From assembly GCA_963666115.2 (NCBI GenBank), contig CAXXET010000008.1, forward strand, positions 64,001 through 128,000: 64,000 nt of DNA, written 5' to 3'. Both the position numbers and the translations under genes were made by a program. This DNA comes from Dehalococcoidia bacterium (lineage in GTDB: Bacteria; Chloroflexota; Dehalococcoidia; UBA6926). The stretch's first letter is position 1, and every line of letters begins with the position of its first letter. Under the pieces are notes generated by a model, which was not told the DNA's origin, searched no databases, and was given only the letters and a program-made list of their open reading frames with translations. Of the stretch, positions 9,633 to 20,092 are shown one piece after another.

Positions 9633-10249
9633 GCCGCGTCGGCATCCTGGGCGGCAGCTTTGATCCCCCGCACGTCGGCCACCTGATGATTGCGCGGGAG
9701 GCGCGGGAGCGCGTCGGCCTTGATGCCGTCCTCTTCGTGCCGGCGGGCGAGCAGTGGCTCAAGGAGGGGCAGGTCGTCGCCCCTGCCACCCACCGCCTCG
9801 CCATGACGCACCTGCTGGTAGGCTCAACCCCCCACTTCAGCGTGTCCGACATGGAAATCACGCGCCCCGGCCCAACGTACACCGTTGACACTCTCCACGC
9901 CCTCCGGGAAGCGTCGCCGCCGGACACGGACTATTTCTTCATCCTCGGCGAAGACGCCGTGGCCGACCTCCCCCGCTGGCACAGCCCGCAGGAGCTCGTG
10001 ACACTGTGCCGCTTCATCGCCATGCCCCGCGCTGGCGCCGGAGGACGCCCCGACCTCTCTCCGGCCTACGCCGCCGTCCCCGGCCTGCGCGACAAGGTCA
10101 CCGTCCTCGACGACGCCCCCCGCATCGACGTCAGTTCCTCGTCCGTCCGCCGGATGATCGAGCGCGGAGAAGACCTTAAAAGCGCCTTAAACGGCGTTTT
10201 ACCGGACTACATTGTGAAATACTTAACTGCGCACCGACTGTATGGCTGA
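9629..10249 (+). CDS. nadD: Nicotinate-nucleotide adenylyltransferase
   Basis: GGSFDPPHVGH, YTVDTL, VSSSSVR; GTGA overlap with obgE. Confidence 0.95.
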   Translation: MSRVGILGGSFDPPHVGHLMIAREARERVGLDAVLFVPAGEQWLKEGQVVAPATHRLAMTHLLVGSTPHFSVSDMEITRPGPTYTVDTLHALREASPPDTDYFFILGEDAVADLPRWHSPQELVTLCRFIAMPRAGAGGRPDLSPAYAAVPGLRDKVTVLDDAPRIDVSSSSVRRMIERGEDLKSALNGVLPDYIVKYLTAHRLYG

Positions 10250-10259
10250 GCAGGATTTC

Positions 10260-11153
10260 CTATTGCTCAAGCGTCCTGAGGAAGCGATCGTCGCGCCGCC
10301 ACCGCGGTCTCGTCCGCGCCCACAGCGATAGCATCACCGGACGCCCCAACAGCTCCTCCAAAAGCGGCCTCACCCGCGTGCCCACGTCCTTGAGAGCCTT
10401 CCCCCCCTTGCCCACAACGATCCCCCGCTGCGTAACCCGCTCAACATAAACGCTAGCCTCAATAAAATCCTTCCCGCCATGCTCCGGGTCCTGCGGCGCG
10501 TGCTTCTCCACTTCAACGGCGGTCGCGTAGGGCACCTCGTCGCCGTACACGGCAAACACGCCCTCCCGTATCAGTTCGGAGATCAAAAAAGTCTCCGAGC
10601 GGTCGGTCAAAGTTGACGGATCGAAGAGCGGCTCCTGCTCCGGCAGGTTGGCGATGATGCTCTCTAGGAGGCTGTCCAGCCCGTCGCCCGTTTTGGCGCT
10701 AATCGGGATGATGTCCCGGAACTCCGCGTACAGTTCGTTGTAGTCCTCGATGACGGGCAGCAGCCTTCCCTTGCGGACGGTATCCAGCTTGTTGACGGCA
10801 ACGATGGCGGGGAGGTTTCGCGCCGTGATTTCGCCGAGCAGCGTCTCTTCAACGTCTCCTGCCGTGCGCGGCGCGGACACCAGCACTGCCAGGTCGGCAG
10901 TCTCCAACGCCTGCCGCGTCTCGCGCAGCATCCGGCGGCTCAGGGCGTCAACACGCGGGTCGGCGGGACGCCCCGGTGTATCCAGCAACCCGACTTGGAA
11001 ATCATCCCCGTGCAGAACGGCCAGGATCCGATAGCGCGACGTCTGCGGCTTCGGGCTAACCGCCGCCAGCCGCGTCCCCACCAGCGTATTGACCAGCGTC
11101 GACTTCCCAACATTGGGCCGCCCAACAACGGCAACATACCCGGCGCGGATCAT
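10260..11153 (-). CDS. era: GTPase Era
   Basis: GRPNVGKSTL, PKPQTSR, DTPG, NKLD, KH-domain IVVGKGG. Confidence 0.96.
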   Translation of the reverse strand: MIRAGYVAVVGRPNVGKSTLVNTLVGTRLAAVSPKPQTSRYRILAVLHGDDFQVGLLDTPGRPADPRVDALSRRMLRETRQALETADLAVLVSAPRTAGDVEETLLGEITARNLPAIVAVNKLDTVRKGRLLPVIEDYNELYAEFRDIIPISAKTGDGLDSLLESIIANLPEQEPLFDPSTLTDRSETFLISELIREGVFAVYGDEVPYATAVEVEKHAPQDPEHGGKDFIEASVYVERVTQRGIVVGKGGKALKDVGTRVRPLLEELLGRPVMLSLWARTRPRWRRDDRFLRTLEQ

Positions 11154-11201
11154 CTTTGCGCCGCCGTGTGGCAGGGGCCTGTTACGGTCACGGTCACCGT
11201 G

Positions 11202-11588
11202 TCAGGAGGCCTCGGCGAACCGCTCGGCATCCTGGATAAACTTCTCCGTTTCCCGAATCAACCGGATGACCTCTTCAATGGGATCGAAGTCATTGTTCAT
11301 GTTGCACTGCACGAAGAGGACGCCCACCCGGTTCCTGTATTGCTCCCGAAACGCCGCGAGTTGAGGGTCGTGCTTGCTGATCGTCGTGAGGCTGTGTTGA
11401 ATGGCGGCGCCTGTGCGTGGAGCGTCGGCTGAGCGCGCCGCGATGAGCGCGCTGGCGGCCTTGTCCGTGGCGTCCGATGCCTTGAGCGTCGCCTCGCGCA
11501 GTTCGCCGGTCAGCATGAGGGTCATAGCGGCGCCGCGCATGACGCGGGCCTCCTCCAACAGTTCCTGGACTTCTGTCGTGACGGTCAT
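11202..11588 (-). CDS. PaREP1/HEPN-like protein (degenerate paralog)
   Basis: GELREATLKASDA...ALIAA aligns by eye to the neighbour; lacks its LH motif. Confidence 0.6.
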   Translation of the reverse strand: MTVTTEVQELLEEARVMRGAAMTLMLTGELREATLKASDATDKAASALIAARSADAPRTGAAIQHSLTTISKHDPQLAAFREQYRNRVGVLFVQCNMNNDFDPIEEVIRLIRETEKFIQDAERFAEAS

Positions 11589-11628
11589 TACGCACCTCCG
11601 AGGCGACGGTCACCTGAACACGCTTAGT

Positions 11629-12012
11629 CTACGAAATCGCCAAGCGTTCGGCCAATTGAACATAGGACGCCGTGTCACGGATGGCGGCAACGACGGCGTC
11701 AGCAGGCTCACAATCCCCGTAGTAGAAGCATCTGCCGTGCAAATCCCTCTGGTAAGCCCGGTAGCCCTCAACCAGTTCTTGCGCCAACGGGTAGTCGGCA
11801 GCCACTGCCCGCAAACTTCGCCACGTTGCGCTCGACGTTCGGGGCTCCATGCCAGTACGGGCCGAAATGAGGCCGTCTGCGGCGCGTTTCACGGCGCACC
11901 ATGCCTTTTCGGCGGCATCACGAATGTCGCCGGTATCCAGCAGGGTCAACGCGGACGTGCTCATCAGGCGGGCATCCTCAAAGATTCTGCGAGTATCGTC
12001 CGTCATCGCCAT
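11629..12012 (-). CDS. PaREP1/HEPN-like protein
   Basis: GDIRDAAEKAWCAVKRAADGLI...RDLHGRCFY. Confidence 0.65.
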   Translation of the reverse strand: MAMTDDTRRIFEDARLMSTSALTLLDTGDIRDAAEKAWCAVKRAADGLISARTGMEPRTSSATWRSLRAVAADYPLAQELVEGYRAYQRDLHGRCFYYGDCEPADAVVAAIRDTASYVQLAERLAIS

Positions 12013-12016
12013 TTGC

Positions 12017-13447
12017 CTATTTTCCTTCCAGCGCCGCCCGCACAGCCGCTATCAGCTCATCATCCTCTTCCGGCAGCACGGTCCGCGGGTCAAGCAGCAG
12101 GCGGTCATCCTCAATGCGACCGATCACGGCAGGGTGCGAAGGCGATGCCCGCAGGCGTTCGGTTAGCGTGTCCGCGTTGGCGCGCTCCGGTTCGATTGCC
12201 AGGGCGCGCGTCGGCAGCGTTCCGCCCGGCAGGCTCCCCCCGCCCACCGCCGTCTCCGCCTCCACCACGCGCAAGCCCTCCCCGCCGATCTCCTCTCGCC
12301 ACCGCAGTGCGCGCTCGTCCAGCGACGCCGCGCCTGCGGAGATCATGCGCCACACGGGAACTTCCGTTAGCGCCACGCCCCGCGCGTACGATTGCAGCGT
12401 CGCCGTCAACGCCGCCAGATCCAGCTTGTCGATTCGAACGGCGCGAGCCAGTGGATGGGACTTCATTTTGTCGATAAGCTCCTTGCGCCCCACCGCGATG
12501 CCCGCCTGCGGCCCTCCCAGCAGCTTGTCGCCGGAAAACAGCGCGATGTCCGAACCCTCCCGCTCCAACGCGTCTCGCACCGTGGGCTCCGGCGCAAGGC
12601 CGAACTGCGCGGTGTCCAGCAGACAGCCGGAACCAAGGTCGTTGATGAGCGGAACGTTGCGCGCGTGTGCAATCTCCGCAATCTCCGCCGCGTCCGGCGT
12701 GCTCGTGAAACCGACAACAAGGAAATTGCTGCGATGCACCCGCAGGAGCGCCCCCGTGTTGTCCGTGACGGCGTCCGCGTAGTCCGCGGCGTACGTGCGA
12801 TTTGTCGTGCCGACTTCAACGAGAATTGCCCCACTCTGGCGCAGCACGTCCGGTATCCTGAACCGCCCCCCAATCTCCACGGCCTCTCCGCGAGAGACGA
12901 TGACCTCCCGCCCTCCAGCGATTGCCGCAAGGGCAAGCAGGACGGCGGAGGCGTTGTTGTTGACCACGATGGCCGCCTCCGCGCCCGTCAGGAATTGCAG
13001 CAGCCGCTCCGGGTGCGCGTGGCGTGAGCCGCGCTCTCCGGCCTGCAGGTCGTATTCGAGATCGGAGTACCCGCGCGCCACGCTGCTCATCGCCTCGATG
13101 GCGGCACGACTCAATGGCGCGCGCCCCAGGTTCGTGTGGATGATGACCCCGGCCGCGTTGATGACGCGGCGAGGCCGCGGCCCCAAAAGGTCGTTGATGG
13201 ACGCCGTCACGCGGGCGGTGAGCGTATCCATATCGGGCGCGCCGTCCGTCTCGCCGGCCAAAATCGCCCCGCGCGCCGCGTCGATAGCTTGTCGCGCCGC
13301 ACTCGTCACCGTGTCGACTCCAACGCTCTCCGCAAGCACGCCAAGCGCTTCACTGCCGACCAGTCGATCCACGCTCGGCAGCCCGCGCAGGGCATCGGAT
13401 TGCCGCTGCCGTCCGCCGCCCGAGTTCCCCTCGTGTGACTGTGCCAT
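12017..13447 (-). CDS. selA: L-seryl-tRNA(Sec) selenium transferase
   Basis: IIHTNLGRAPL, EIGGRFRIPD, EVGTTNRT, FSGDKLLGGPQAG. Confidence 0.97.
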   Translation of the reverse strand: MAQSHEGNSGGGRQRQSDALRGLPSVDRLVGSEALGVLAESVGVDTVTSAARQAIDAARGAILAGETDGAPDMDTLTARVTASINDLLGPRPRRVINAAGVIIHTNLGRAPLSRAAIEAMSSVARGYSDLEYDLQAGERGSRHAHPERLLQFLTGAEAAIVVNNNASAVLLALAAIAGGREVIVSRGEAVEIGGRFRIPDVLRQSGAILVEVGTTNRTYAADYADAVTDNTGALLRVHRSNFLVVGFTSTPDAAEIAEIAHARNVPLINDLGSGCLLDTAQFGLAPEPTVRDALEREGSDIALFSGDKLLGGPQAGIAVGRKELIDKMKSHPLARAVRIDKLDLAALTATLQSYARGVALTEVPVWRMISAGAASLDERALRWREEIGGEGLRVVEAETAVGGGSLPGGTLPTRALAIEPERANADTLTERLRASPSHPAVIGRIEDDRLLLDPRTVLPEEDDELIAAVRAALEGK

Positions 13448-13601
13448 ACGTGATTATCGCCCATCATGGGCAGGGCACGCTGATGCCCCTATGCGTGGGG
13501 CGTTGGTCGTGACGTATACTACTAGTTCGGGCGCGCGTATGAGGCGCGTGGCCACACTAACAGTGGTTCGGGCATTGGCCGAACGGCGAGGGGGTAAAGG
13601 A

Positions 13602-14210
13602 ATGCAGGTCATTGGCCTGACGGGGGGGATCGCAAGCGGCAAGAGCCTCGTGAGCGAGGTGCTCCGCGACGAATACGAAGCAACCGTCATCAGCGGCGAC
13701 GAGTTGGGTCACCAGGCGTATCTGCCGGACACCGACGCGTGGAAGGACATCCTGGCCCGGTGGGGCGACGACCTGATGAACCCGGACACGCGCGAGATTG
13801 ACCGCCGCAAGCTCGGCGCAATCGTTTTCGCCGACCCGGAGGAACTCAAGGCGCTCAACGAGATCACGTGGCCGCGTATTCGGACGCTCGCAGAGAACCG
13901 CATCGCCGAATTGCGCGAAAGCGGCGTGAAGATTGCCGTGCTTGAGGCCGCCATCATGATCGAGGCGGGATGGACGGATATGTGCGACGAGTTGTGGGTG
14001 ACGCAGGCGTCGGAAGCGGATGCCATTTCGCGTCTCCAATCCCGCAACAACCTGACCGAAGAGCAGGCGAAACAGCGCATCAACGCCCAGCTGTCCAACG
14101 AGGCACGCGCGGACGAGGCGGACGTCTTGCTCCAGAACACCGGCACCATAGAGGAACTGCGCATCCGCGTCGGCGAGCTCTGGCACGCCCGCATCCGCCC
14201 GTTCCTGTAG
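13602..14210 (+). CDS. coaE: Dephospho-CoA kinase
   Basis: MQVIGLTGGIASGKS, IDRRKLGAIVF, RINAQ. Confidence 0.95.
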   Translation: MQVIGLTGGIASGKSLVSEVLRDEYEATVISGDELGHQAYLPDTDAWKDILARWGDDLMNPDTREIDRRKLGAIVFADPEELKALNEITWPRIRTLAENRIAELRESGVKIAVLEAAIMIEAGWTDMCDELWVTQASEADAISRLQSRNNLTEEQAKQRINAQLSNEARADEADVLLQNTGTIEELRIRVGELWHARIRPFL

Positions 14211-14253
14211 GCTGCCGACCTGCAGAGAGCAATAACCACTCAAAGGGATTGGA

Positions 14254-15153
14254 ATGACCGAACAGACAGCGCTCAAAGACGCCACTGTGATGTCGTACTC
14301 CGAGTACGAGATCGAGGAATACACGATTGACAGCGAGCCCTACTACCTGCCCATCAGGGACGAGGTGGAGGTGTTCACCGCAGCCTACGAAGAAAAGATA
14401 CCCGTCATTCTCAAAGGCCCTACCGGCTGTGGCAAGACGCGGTTCGTGGAGTACATGGCGTGGCGGCTTGGCCGCCCCATCACCACCGTCCGGCAGGACG
14501 GCAAGGAGAACTCCCACGGCAAGGCCCTCGTCACCATCGCCGCCCACGAAGACCTGACCGCCAGCGATCTCGTCGGACGCTTCCTGCTCGAGGGCGAGGA
14601 GACCAAGTGGGTGGACGGCCCGCTCACCCGCGCCGTCAAGACCGGGGCCATCTGCTACCTCGATGAGGTTGTCGAGGCCCGCAAGGACACCACGGTGCTC
14701 ATCCACCCGCTGACTGACCACCGCCGCCTCCTCCCCGTTGAGAAGCGCGGCCAGATCCTGGAGGCTGCGGACGGCTTCCTGCTGGTCATCTCCTACAATC
14801 CCGGCTACCAGAGCGCGCTGAAGGACCTCAAGCAGTCCACGCGCCAGCGGTTTGTCGCGATGGAGTTCGATTACCCGCCGCGTGAATACGAGGCGCGAAT
14901 CGTCCTCCAGGAGAGCGGCGTCGATGAGGACTCCGCCGATCTGCTCGCCCGTCTTGGCGAAAAGATTCGCAACCTCAAGGAGCACGGGTTGCAGGAGGGC
15001 GTCTCCACGCGCCTGCTCATCTACGCGGGCAAGCTGATTGCCCGGGGCGTGTCTCCCCGCCGCGCCTGCGACGTGGCCATCTCCGACGCCCTCACCGATG
15101 ACGCCTCTGTCCAGCGCAGCATCCGGGAGATCACAACAAGCATCTTTGAGTAG
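14254..15153 (+). CDS. CbbQ/NirQ/NorQ-family AAA+ ATPase (MoxR class)
   Basis: [53 protein letters not shown]. Confidence 0.93.
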   Translation: MTEQTALKDATVMSYSEYEIEEYTIDSEPYYLPIRDEVEVFTAAYEEKIPVILKGPTGCGKTRFVEYMAWRLGRPITTVRQDGKENSHGKALVTIAAHEDLTASDLVGRFLLEGEETKWVDGPLTRAVKTGAICYLDEVVEARKDTTVLIHPLTDHRRLLPVEKRGQILEAADGFLLVISYNPGYQSALKDLKQSTRQRFVAMEFDYPPREYEARIVLQESGVDEDSADLLARLGEKIRNLKEHGLQEGVSTRLLIYAGKLIARGVSPRRACDVAISDALTDDASVQRSIREITTSIFE

Positions 15154-15194
15154 GAGCGGCGGCATCCGCCCGTCAAGACGACCCCTGTAAACGC

Positions 15195-18100
15195 ATGACA
15201 TCAGAACACGGCGGAACGGCGAACCCGGCGCAGACGCGCGATGAACTGGTTGCCCAGTTGCTTGCGCTGCCCGCGGCTGTTGGGCAGGCCTACCAGGGCG
15301 CGACTGACCACGTGGAGCACCGCCTCGGCAGTGACGAGCATTACGACCGGTGGCTGTCGGCGGCCCTGGGCATTGCGGGGGCCTCGTTCCGCGCATGGGA
15401 GGCCGCCGCTGAGTACGTGCGCTCCTCACCCGCCGTTCTCGATGCGCTGGAGAGGCCGCAGGAGGCGGCGTCCTGGTACGAGAGCGGCCGCGCGCTATCG
15501 GCTCACTCAGCCGCCCTTGCCTCGTCGTTCTTCCGCGCCAGCGCCGGCTTTCTTGAACGCCGCGATGTTGGACGCTTGCCCGCGTGGATATCAGCCGCTG
15601 AAACGCTTTTCCACGGAACATGGAAGTCCGGTGCGCTGGCCGCCCGGTTCTTTGAGGTCAGCCCCGCCCTTCTTGATCACGTGCGGCTGAGCGATCTCGC
15701 TGCCTTCGCAAACTTCCTCGATCACGTCGCGCAGCACTCCAGCGAACTCGCCGAGGAGTGCCTGACCATGGCCCCGGACTCGCTGCCGTACGTCGATGAC
15801 GAGACCATCGACAGATACCTGGAACTTCTTGGCGAGACCGCCAACCGCAACTGGAAGTACGCCAAGGAAACGCAGCGCGCCGCCGCCGTCGCGCTGCCCC
15901 GCATCGCCCGGTCCGAACGCCAGCGCTTCCTGACCTTCGCCATCAACCTGGCTGGTGACGGCGGCAAGCGCTACCTCTCTTTCCTTGCCGAAGGCTCCCG
16001 CGCCATCAGCGATTTGCCGCTCTTCATGCACCGGCAGGCATTGGATGACTTCGAGGTGCTGTGCGGGCTGTCCGAGGAGGCCGCCGTCGAGTTCCTCCGC
16101 GCCGCCCCCCAGGTCCTGGACCGCATCGACCCTGACAACCTCAACCGGTGGTTCTCCGAGGGCGTCACGATGCTCGAGCGGAACGAGGCCGCCGGCATCG
16201 CCTTCTTCCGGCTGGAATCCGCGCGCGGCGAGGCCCTGCTCCAGGAACTCTCGGCAACCGTCAGCCTGGAGGACGTCGCGCCAATCCTGCAGATGTACGC
16301 GCGCGGCCTCACCGGCGGCGATATGCAGCTCCGCCCCACACCGGAACTCGCCAACCGCAGCATCGGCTGGGCCACGGAGGACCGCGCCTCAACCGACGGA
16401 ACCAACATCTTCCTCCCGCCGGAAATCGCGCTCTTTGAGAGCAAGGACGACAACTTCGGCTGGTTCAAGGTTCTCTGCACCCACCAGACCGGCCACCTTG
16501 AGTTCGACAGCTTCACGTTCAACTTCAACCGCGCCGGCAATATCTTCCCGCTCACGCGCCCGGCCCTCGCCGAGCGTGTCGCGGAGCAGAACGCCGGCGG
16601 AGCGAACCGTGAGCCCGTTGTTGCGGCGCCCAACCCGGAAATGACCGGCGTGGCCACTGCCGTTCTCTCGGACTATGAGCGATTCTTTGACCTCTTCCCG
16701 GAGCGGCGTCTCGCGTCCGACCTGTTCGCCGCGCTGGAGGACGCCCGCGTCGACCACCTCGTCAGGCAGCATTACCGTGGACTGCGCCGCGCCTACGGAA
16801 TGGTGCAGGCCGCCGCCGTGATTGGCCGCCCCGCCCCCCAGCAGCTTCCCCTCCGCATGGCCCTCGTCGAGCTGCTCATCCGCATGACCCTGCTCGAAGG
16901 CGACAAGAAGATCCCCGTCCCCCAAAGCCTGTATGACGTCGTCCAGCGCATGGCCGTCATCCTGGCTCGCCTGCGCCACGACGAGGCGACGGTGGAGGAC
17001 TCTGCCGAGGCAACCGTTATCCTCTATCGCCTGTTGATCAATGTGCCGAACACCATGCCGCAACCCGATCTTGATTGGGACGAGATGGAGCTTGATGAAC
17101 TTGGCGGCGAGGCCGCGCAGGGCCTGCAGGAGGCCGACAGCGCCCAGATGGGCGGCGAGGAGTTCGTGCCCGGCTCCGGCACGGAACAGGACGTGCCGTA
17201 CCAGTCGCCGGAGGACGTGGACTACCGCGGTGATTTCAAGCCGGAGCTCGTGCAGACGATCGCCAACCTCCGCAAGGGACAACAGCGCGCGGAGGACAGC
17301 GTGCAGGCCCCGCCGCTCACCGAGGAGATGGTGCGCCAACTCCTGGAAAAGAGCGCGGAAATCGACCTCTCCAGCGTCGTTGAGGGCGATATCGACGATC
17401 CCAGCGGCCTCTTCATCTCAAGCCTGATGAGCGAAGCCATCGAGGGCCCCGACGCCGAGTTCAATGACGAGATGGGCGAGGTCGGGAGCGGCGGCGGTGA
17501 CGGCGAAGAGAACGAGGAGTCGCTGGAAGAGCAGGAGCAGACGGCCCTCTACGATGAGTGGGACTTCGTGGCGCTTGACTACAAGCCCGCGTGGTGCCGC
17601 GTCCGCGAATCCACCATGGCGGAAGGCTCCGCAGAGTTCTATGAGCAAACCATCGAGCGGCACGCCGGCCTCATCAACGAGGTGCGGCGGCAGTTCGAGA
17701 TGATGGTGCCGGAGACCTACCGCAAGGAGAAGCGCCTCACGGACGGCGAAGAATTCGACCTGGACGCCGTGATCGATGCCATCGTGCAGAGACGCGCCGG
17801 CGCGACACCCGACGACAAGGTCTACTGGCGGCGCAACAAGACGGAGCGCGACGTTGCCGTCATCTTCCTGCTGGACATGAGCGCGTCCACCGCCGAGGCC
17901 ATTGAAGAACGCTCGGATTACGACGATGACGATGAGGACATCCCGGACGATCCCCGCCAGTACCTCTTCTGGCTGCGGTCTCGCCGCGAACAGCAGAAGC
18001 GCTCCTATCTCCGCATCATCGACCTGGAGAAGGAATCAACCGTCCTGCTGATCCGCGCGCTGGAGACCATCGGCGATCAGTACGGCATCTACGGCTTCTC

Positions 18101-18536
18101 CGGCTACGGTCGTGAGAACGTGGAGTTCTACAGCGTCAAGGGCCTGGAGGAGCAATTCTCAGACCGCGTCGCCAAGCGCATCGACGGCATTACGCCGCTG
18201 CACGCGACGCGCATGGGCCCGGCAATTCGCCACGCGACCGCCAAGCTGGACGACGTGAGCGCCAAGACCAAGGTGCTGTTCCTGATCTCGGATGGTCGGC
18301 CGCAGGATCGCGGCTACAGCCGAGAGGGCGCCGAAAAGGAATACGCCGTCCACGATACCCACGATGCGCTCGTACAGGCCAAGGCCAAGGGCATCATCCC
18401 CTTCCTGCTCACGGTTGACCGCGCCGGCCACGACTACATGAAAGAGATGTGCGGAGACCTCCCCTACGAAGTCTTGGCAGACATAGAACTCCTCCCCAAG
18501 CGCCTCCCCCAACTCTACTCCCGCCTAACCCTGTAG
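15195..18536 (+). CDS. CbbO/NorD-like VWA adaptor with long helical N-terminal extension
   Basis: EDARVD, YDEWD, MIDAS LLDMSAST, TRMGPAIRH, ISDGRPQD; follows the cbbQ-like gene. Confidence 0.9.
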   Translation: MTSEHGGTANPAQTRDELVAQLLALPAAVGQAYQGATDHVEHRLGSDEHYDRWLSAALGIAGASFRAWEAAAEYVRSSPAVLDALERPQEAASWYESGRALSAHSAALASSFFRASAGFLERRDVGRLPAWISAAETLFHGTWKSGALAARFFEVSPALLDHVRLSDLAAFANFLDHVAQHSSELAEECLTMAPDSLPYVDDETIDRYLELLGETANRNWKYAKETQRAAAVALPRIARSERQRFLTFAINLAGDGGKRYLSFLAEGSRAISDLPLFMHRQALDDFEVLCGLSEEAAVEFLRAAPQVLDRIDPDNLNRWFSEGVTMLERNEAAGIAFFRLESARGEALLQELSATVSLEDVAPILQMYARGLTGGDMQLRPTPELANRSIGWATEDRASTDGTNIFLPPEIALFESKDDNFGWFKVLCTHQTGHLEFDSFTFNFNRAGNIFPLTRPALAERVAEQNAGGANREPVVAAPNPEMTGVATAVLSDYERFFDLFPERRLASDLFAALEDARVDHLVRQHYRGLRRAYGMVQAAAVIGRPAPQQLPLRMALVELLIRMTLLEGDKKIPVPQSLYDVVQRMAVILARLRHDEATVEDSAEATVILYRLLINVPNTMPQPDLDWDEMELDELGGEAAQGLQEADSAQMGGEEFVPGSGTEQDVPYQSPEDVDYRGDFKPELVQTIANLRKGQQRAEDSVQAPPLTEEMVRQLLEKSAEIDLSSVVEGDIDDPSGLFISSLMSEAIEGPDAEFNDEMGEVGSGGGDGEENEESLEEQEQTALYDEWDFVALDYKPAWCRVRESTMAEGSAEFYEQTIERHAGLINEVRRQFEMMVPETYRKEKRLTDGEEFDLDAVIDAIVQRRAGATPDDKVYWRRNKTERDVAVIFLLDMSASTAEAIEERSDYDDDDEDIPDDPRQYLFWLRSRREQQKRSYLRIIDLEKESTVLLIRALETIGDQYGIYGFSGYGRENVEFYSVKGLEEQFSDRVAKRIDGITPLHATRMGPAIRHATAKLDDVSAKTKVLFLISDGRPQDRGYSREGAEKEYAVHDTHDALVQAKAKGIIPFLLTVDRAGHDYMKEMCGDLPYEVLADIELLPKRLPQLYSRLTL

Positions 18537-18563
18537 GGGACGCGCGTCGTGTACCATTGGTGT

Positions 18564-18845
18564 ATGACACGCACAAACATAGACATAGACGACGAAGCCT
18601 GCGCCGAAGTAATGCGCCGCTACGGCCTCTCCACCAAGCGGGAGGCGGTCAACATGGCGTTGCGCCGCGTCGCCGGAAGGCCGATGACGCTTGAACAAGC
18701 ATTGGCCATGCGAGGAACCGGTTGGGACGGTGATCTGGATGAGATGCGGGCGATGTCTCCGCAGCTTGAAGCCTGGATCAACAGACCGGAAGACGAGGGG
18801 TTGCCTGGCCTAGAGAAGTATTTGTCTTCCCGCCCTTTGGCGTAG
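18564..18845 (+). CDS. VapB-family (RHH) antitoxin, no adjacent toxin
   Basis: [11 protein letters not shown]...[11 protein letters not shown]...[12 protein letters not shown]. Confidence 0.8.
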   Translation: MTRTNIDIDDEACAEVMRRYGLSTKREAVNMALRRVAGRPMTLEQALAMRGTGWDGDLDEMRAMSPQLEAWINRPEDEGLPGLEKYLSSRPLA

Positions 18846-18908
18846 CCACCGTCCCTTACTCCGCCCCCTCCAGCATCCACCACTGGGCGCTGTGTTAGCA
18901 CGCCTGTC

Positions 18909-18937
18909 TTGACATTTGACGTCTAGACGTCTAAGCT
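18909..18937 (+). promoter_or_regulatory. Sigma70 promoter with palindromic operator in the spacer
   Basis: TTGACA 18909, 17 bp, TAAGCT 18932; perfect palindrome GACGTCTAGACGTC at 18918-18931; ATG at 18947. Confidence 0.75.
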
Positions 18938-18946
18938 GGCCTCGCT

Positions 18947-20092
18947 ATGAGCGTTGCGGAAGGACGATACGCGCCGGGAACTGTACGGGACGGCATCGTG
19001 CTGGTGCTTTCGCGGAGCGCGGCGCCGCTGCCGGTTCGTGAGATTGAGCGCCGCGTCACAGAGGTCATCGGCCCCACGCCTGCTTCGTCCGTCAGATCGT
19101 TCCTCAGGCTGAACACGCCGAACCTGTTCGTGCGAGAAGCGCGAGGCGTGTACAAGCTGAGCGCGACCGATTCCCTGGGCGCGCAGACCCCAATCACCGA
19201 CGGCGCGGGATGGGAAGACCGGTTTACATACGGCGACGCAACGCTCTATCGCGCGGATTGCCTGACGTGGCTCGACCATCGAGAGGACAATAGCTTGCAC
19301 GCCGTGGTGACTGATCCACCGTTCGGCCTGCACGAGTATTCGGCAGAGCAGCAGGCAAAGCTGCGGGCAGGGCGGGGCGGCGTGTGGCGCATCCCGCCCG
19401 CGTTCGACGGGGTCGCCCGCTCCGCCGTGCCGCGATTCACGACGATGAACGAGGAGCAGATACTGGAGCTTCGCGCGTTCTTCTTCACGTGGGCGCGGAT
19501 GCTGCGTCCCAAACTGGTGCCGGGCGCGAACGTCATTGTCGCCTCGAATCCCCTGCTGTCCTACGTGGCGTCCGACGCGCTGGCGGATGCCGGATTGGAA
19601 CGCCGCGGAGAGATCGTGCGGTTAACGATGACCCTTCGCGGCGGGGATCGGCCAAAGGCGGCGCATGAAGAGTTTCCCGACGTGAGCGTCATGCCGCGCT
19701 CCATGTGGGAGCCGTGGCTTGTCTTTCGCAAGCCGCTGGAGGGAAGCGTCAGGGAGAACCTGCGCAAATGGGGAACGGGCGGGTTCCGCCGGCCAAGCCC
19801 CACCAGCCCATTTGGCGACGTAATCCGGTCGGCGCCCACGCGCAAGGCGGAACGAGACCTTGCGCCGCATCCCAACCTCAAGCCGCAAGCGTTCCTGCGC
19901 ACCATCGTGCGGGCCGCCCTGCCGCTTGGGACGGGCGTGATCCTCGACCCGTTTGCCGGGTCAGGCTCGACGCTTGCCGCCGCCGAGGCCGTTGGCTACC
20001 GGAGCGTCGGCATCGAGCGGGACGAAATCTACTTTGACATGGCAAAAGAGGCTATCCCAAAGCTGAGGCGCTTGGGCGTCAGGCAGGATTAG
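18947..20092 (+). CDS. Beta-class N4C/N6A DNA methyltransferase with N-terminal wHTH-like domain
   Basis: VVTDPPF before HPNLKP and ILDPFAGSGST; about 70 aa N-terminal LPVREIERRV...SSVRSFLRLN. Confidence 0.9.
   Translation: MSVAEGRYAPGTVRDGIVLVLSRSAAPLPVREIERRVTEVIGPTPASSVRSFLRLNTPNLFVREARGVYKLSATDSLGAQTPITDGAGWEDRFTYGDATLYRADCLTWLDHREDNSLHAVVTDPPFGLHEYSAEQQAKLRAGRGGVWRIPPAFDGVARSAVPRFTTMNEEQILELRAFFFTWARMLRPKLVPGANVIVASNPLLSYVASDALADAGLERRGEIVRLTMTLRGGDRPKAAHEEFPDVSVMPRSMWEPWLVFRKPLEGSVRENLRKWGTGGFRRPSPTSPFGDVIRSAPTRKAERDLAPHPNLKPQAFLRTIVRAALPLGTGVILDPFAGSGSTLAAAEAVGYRSVGIERDEIYFDMAKEAIPKLRRLGVRQD

Noticed and set aside
12017-13447. Selenoprotein read-through genes linked to selA
   Set aside because: No in-frame TGA interrupting a recognisable protein was seen; no selB, selC or selD in the window; the tRNA at 47681 has anticodon TGA (Ser), not TCA
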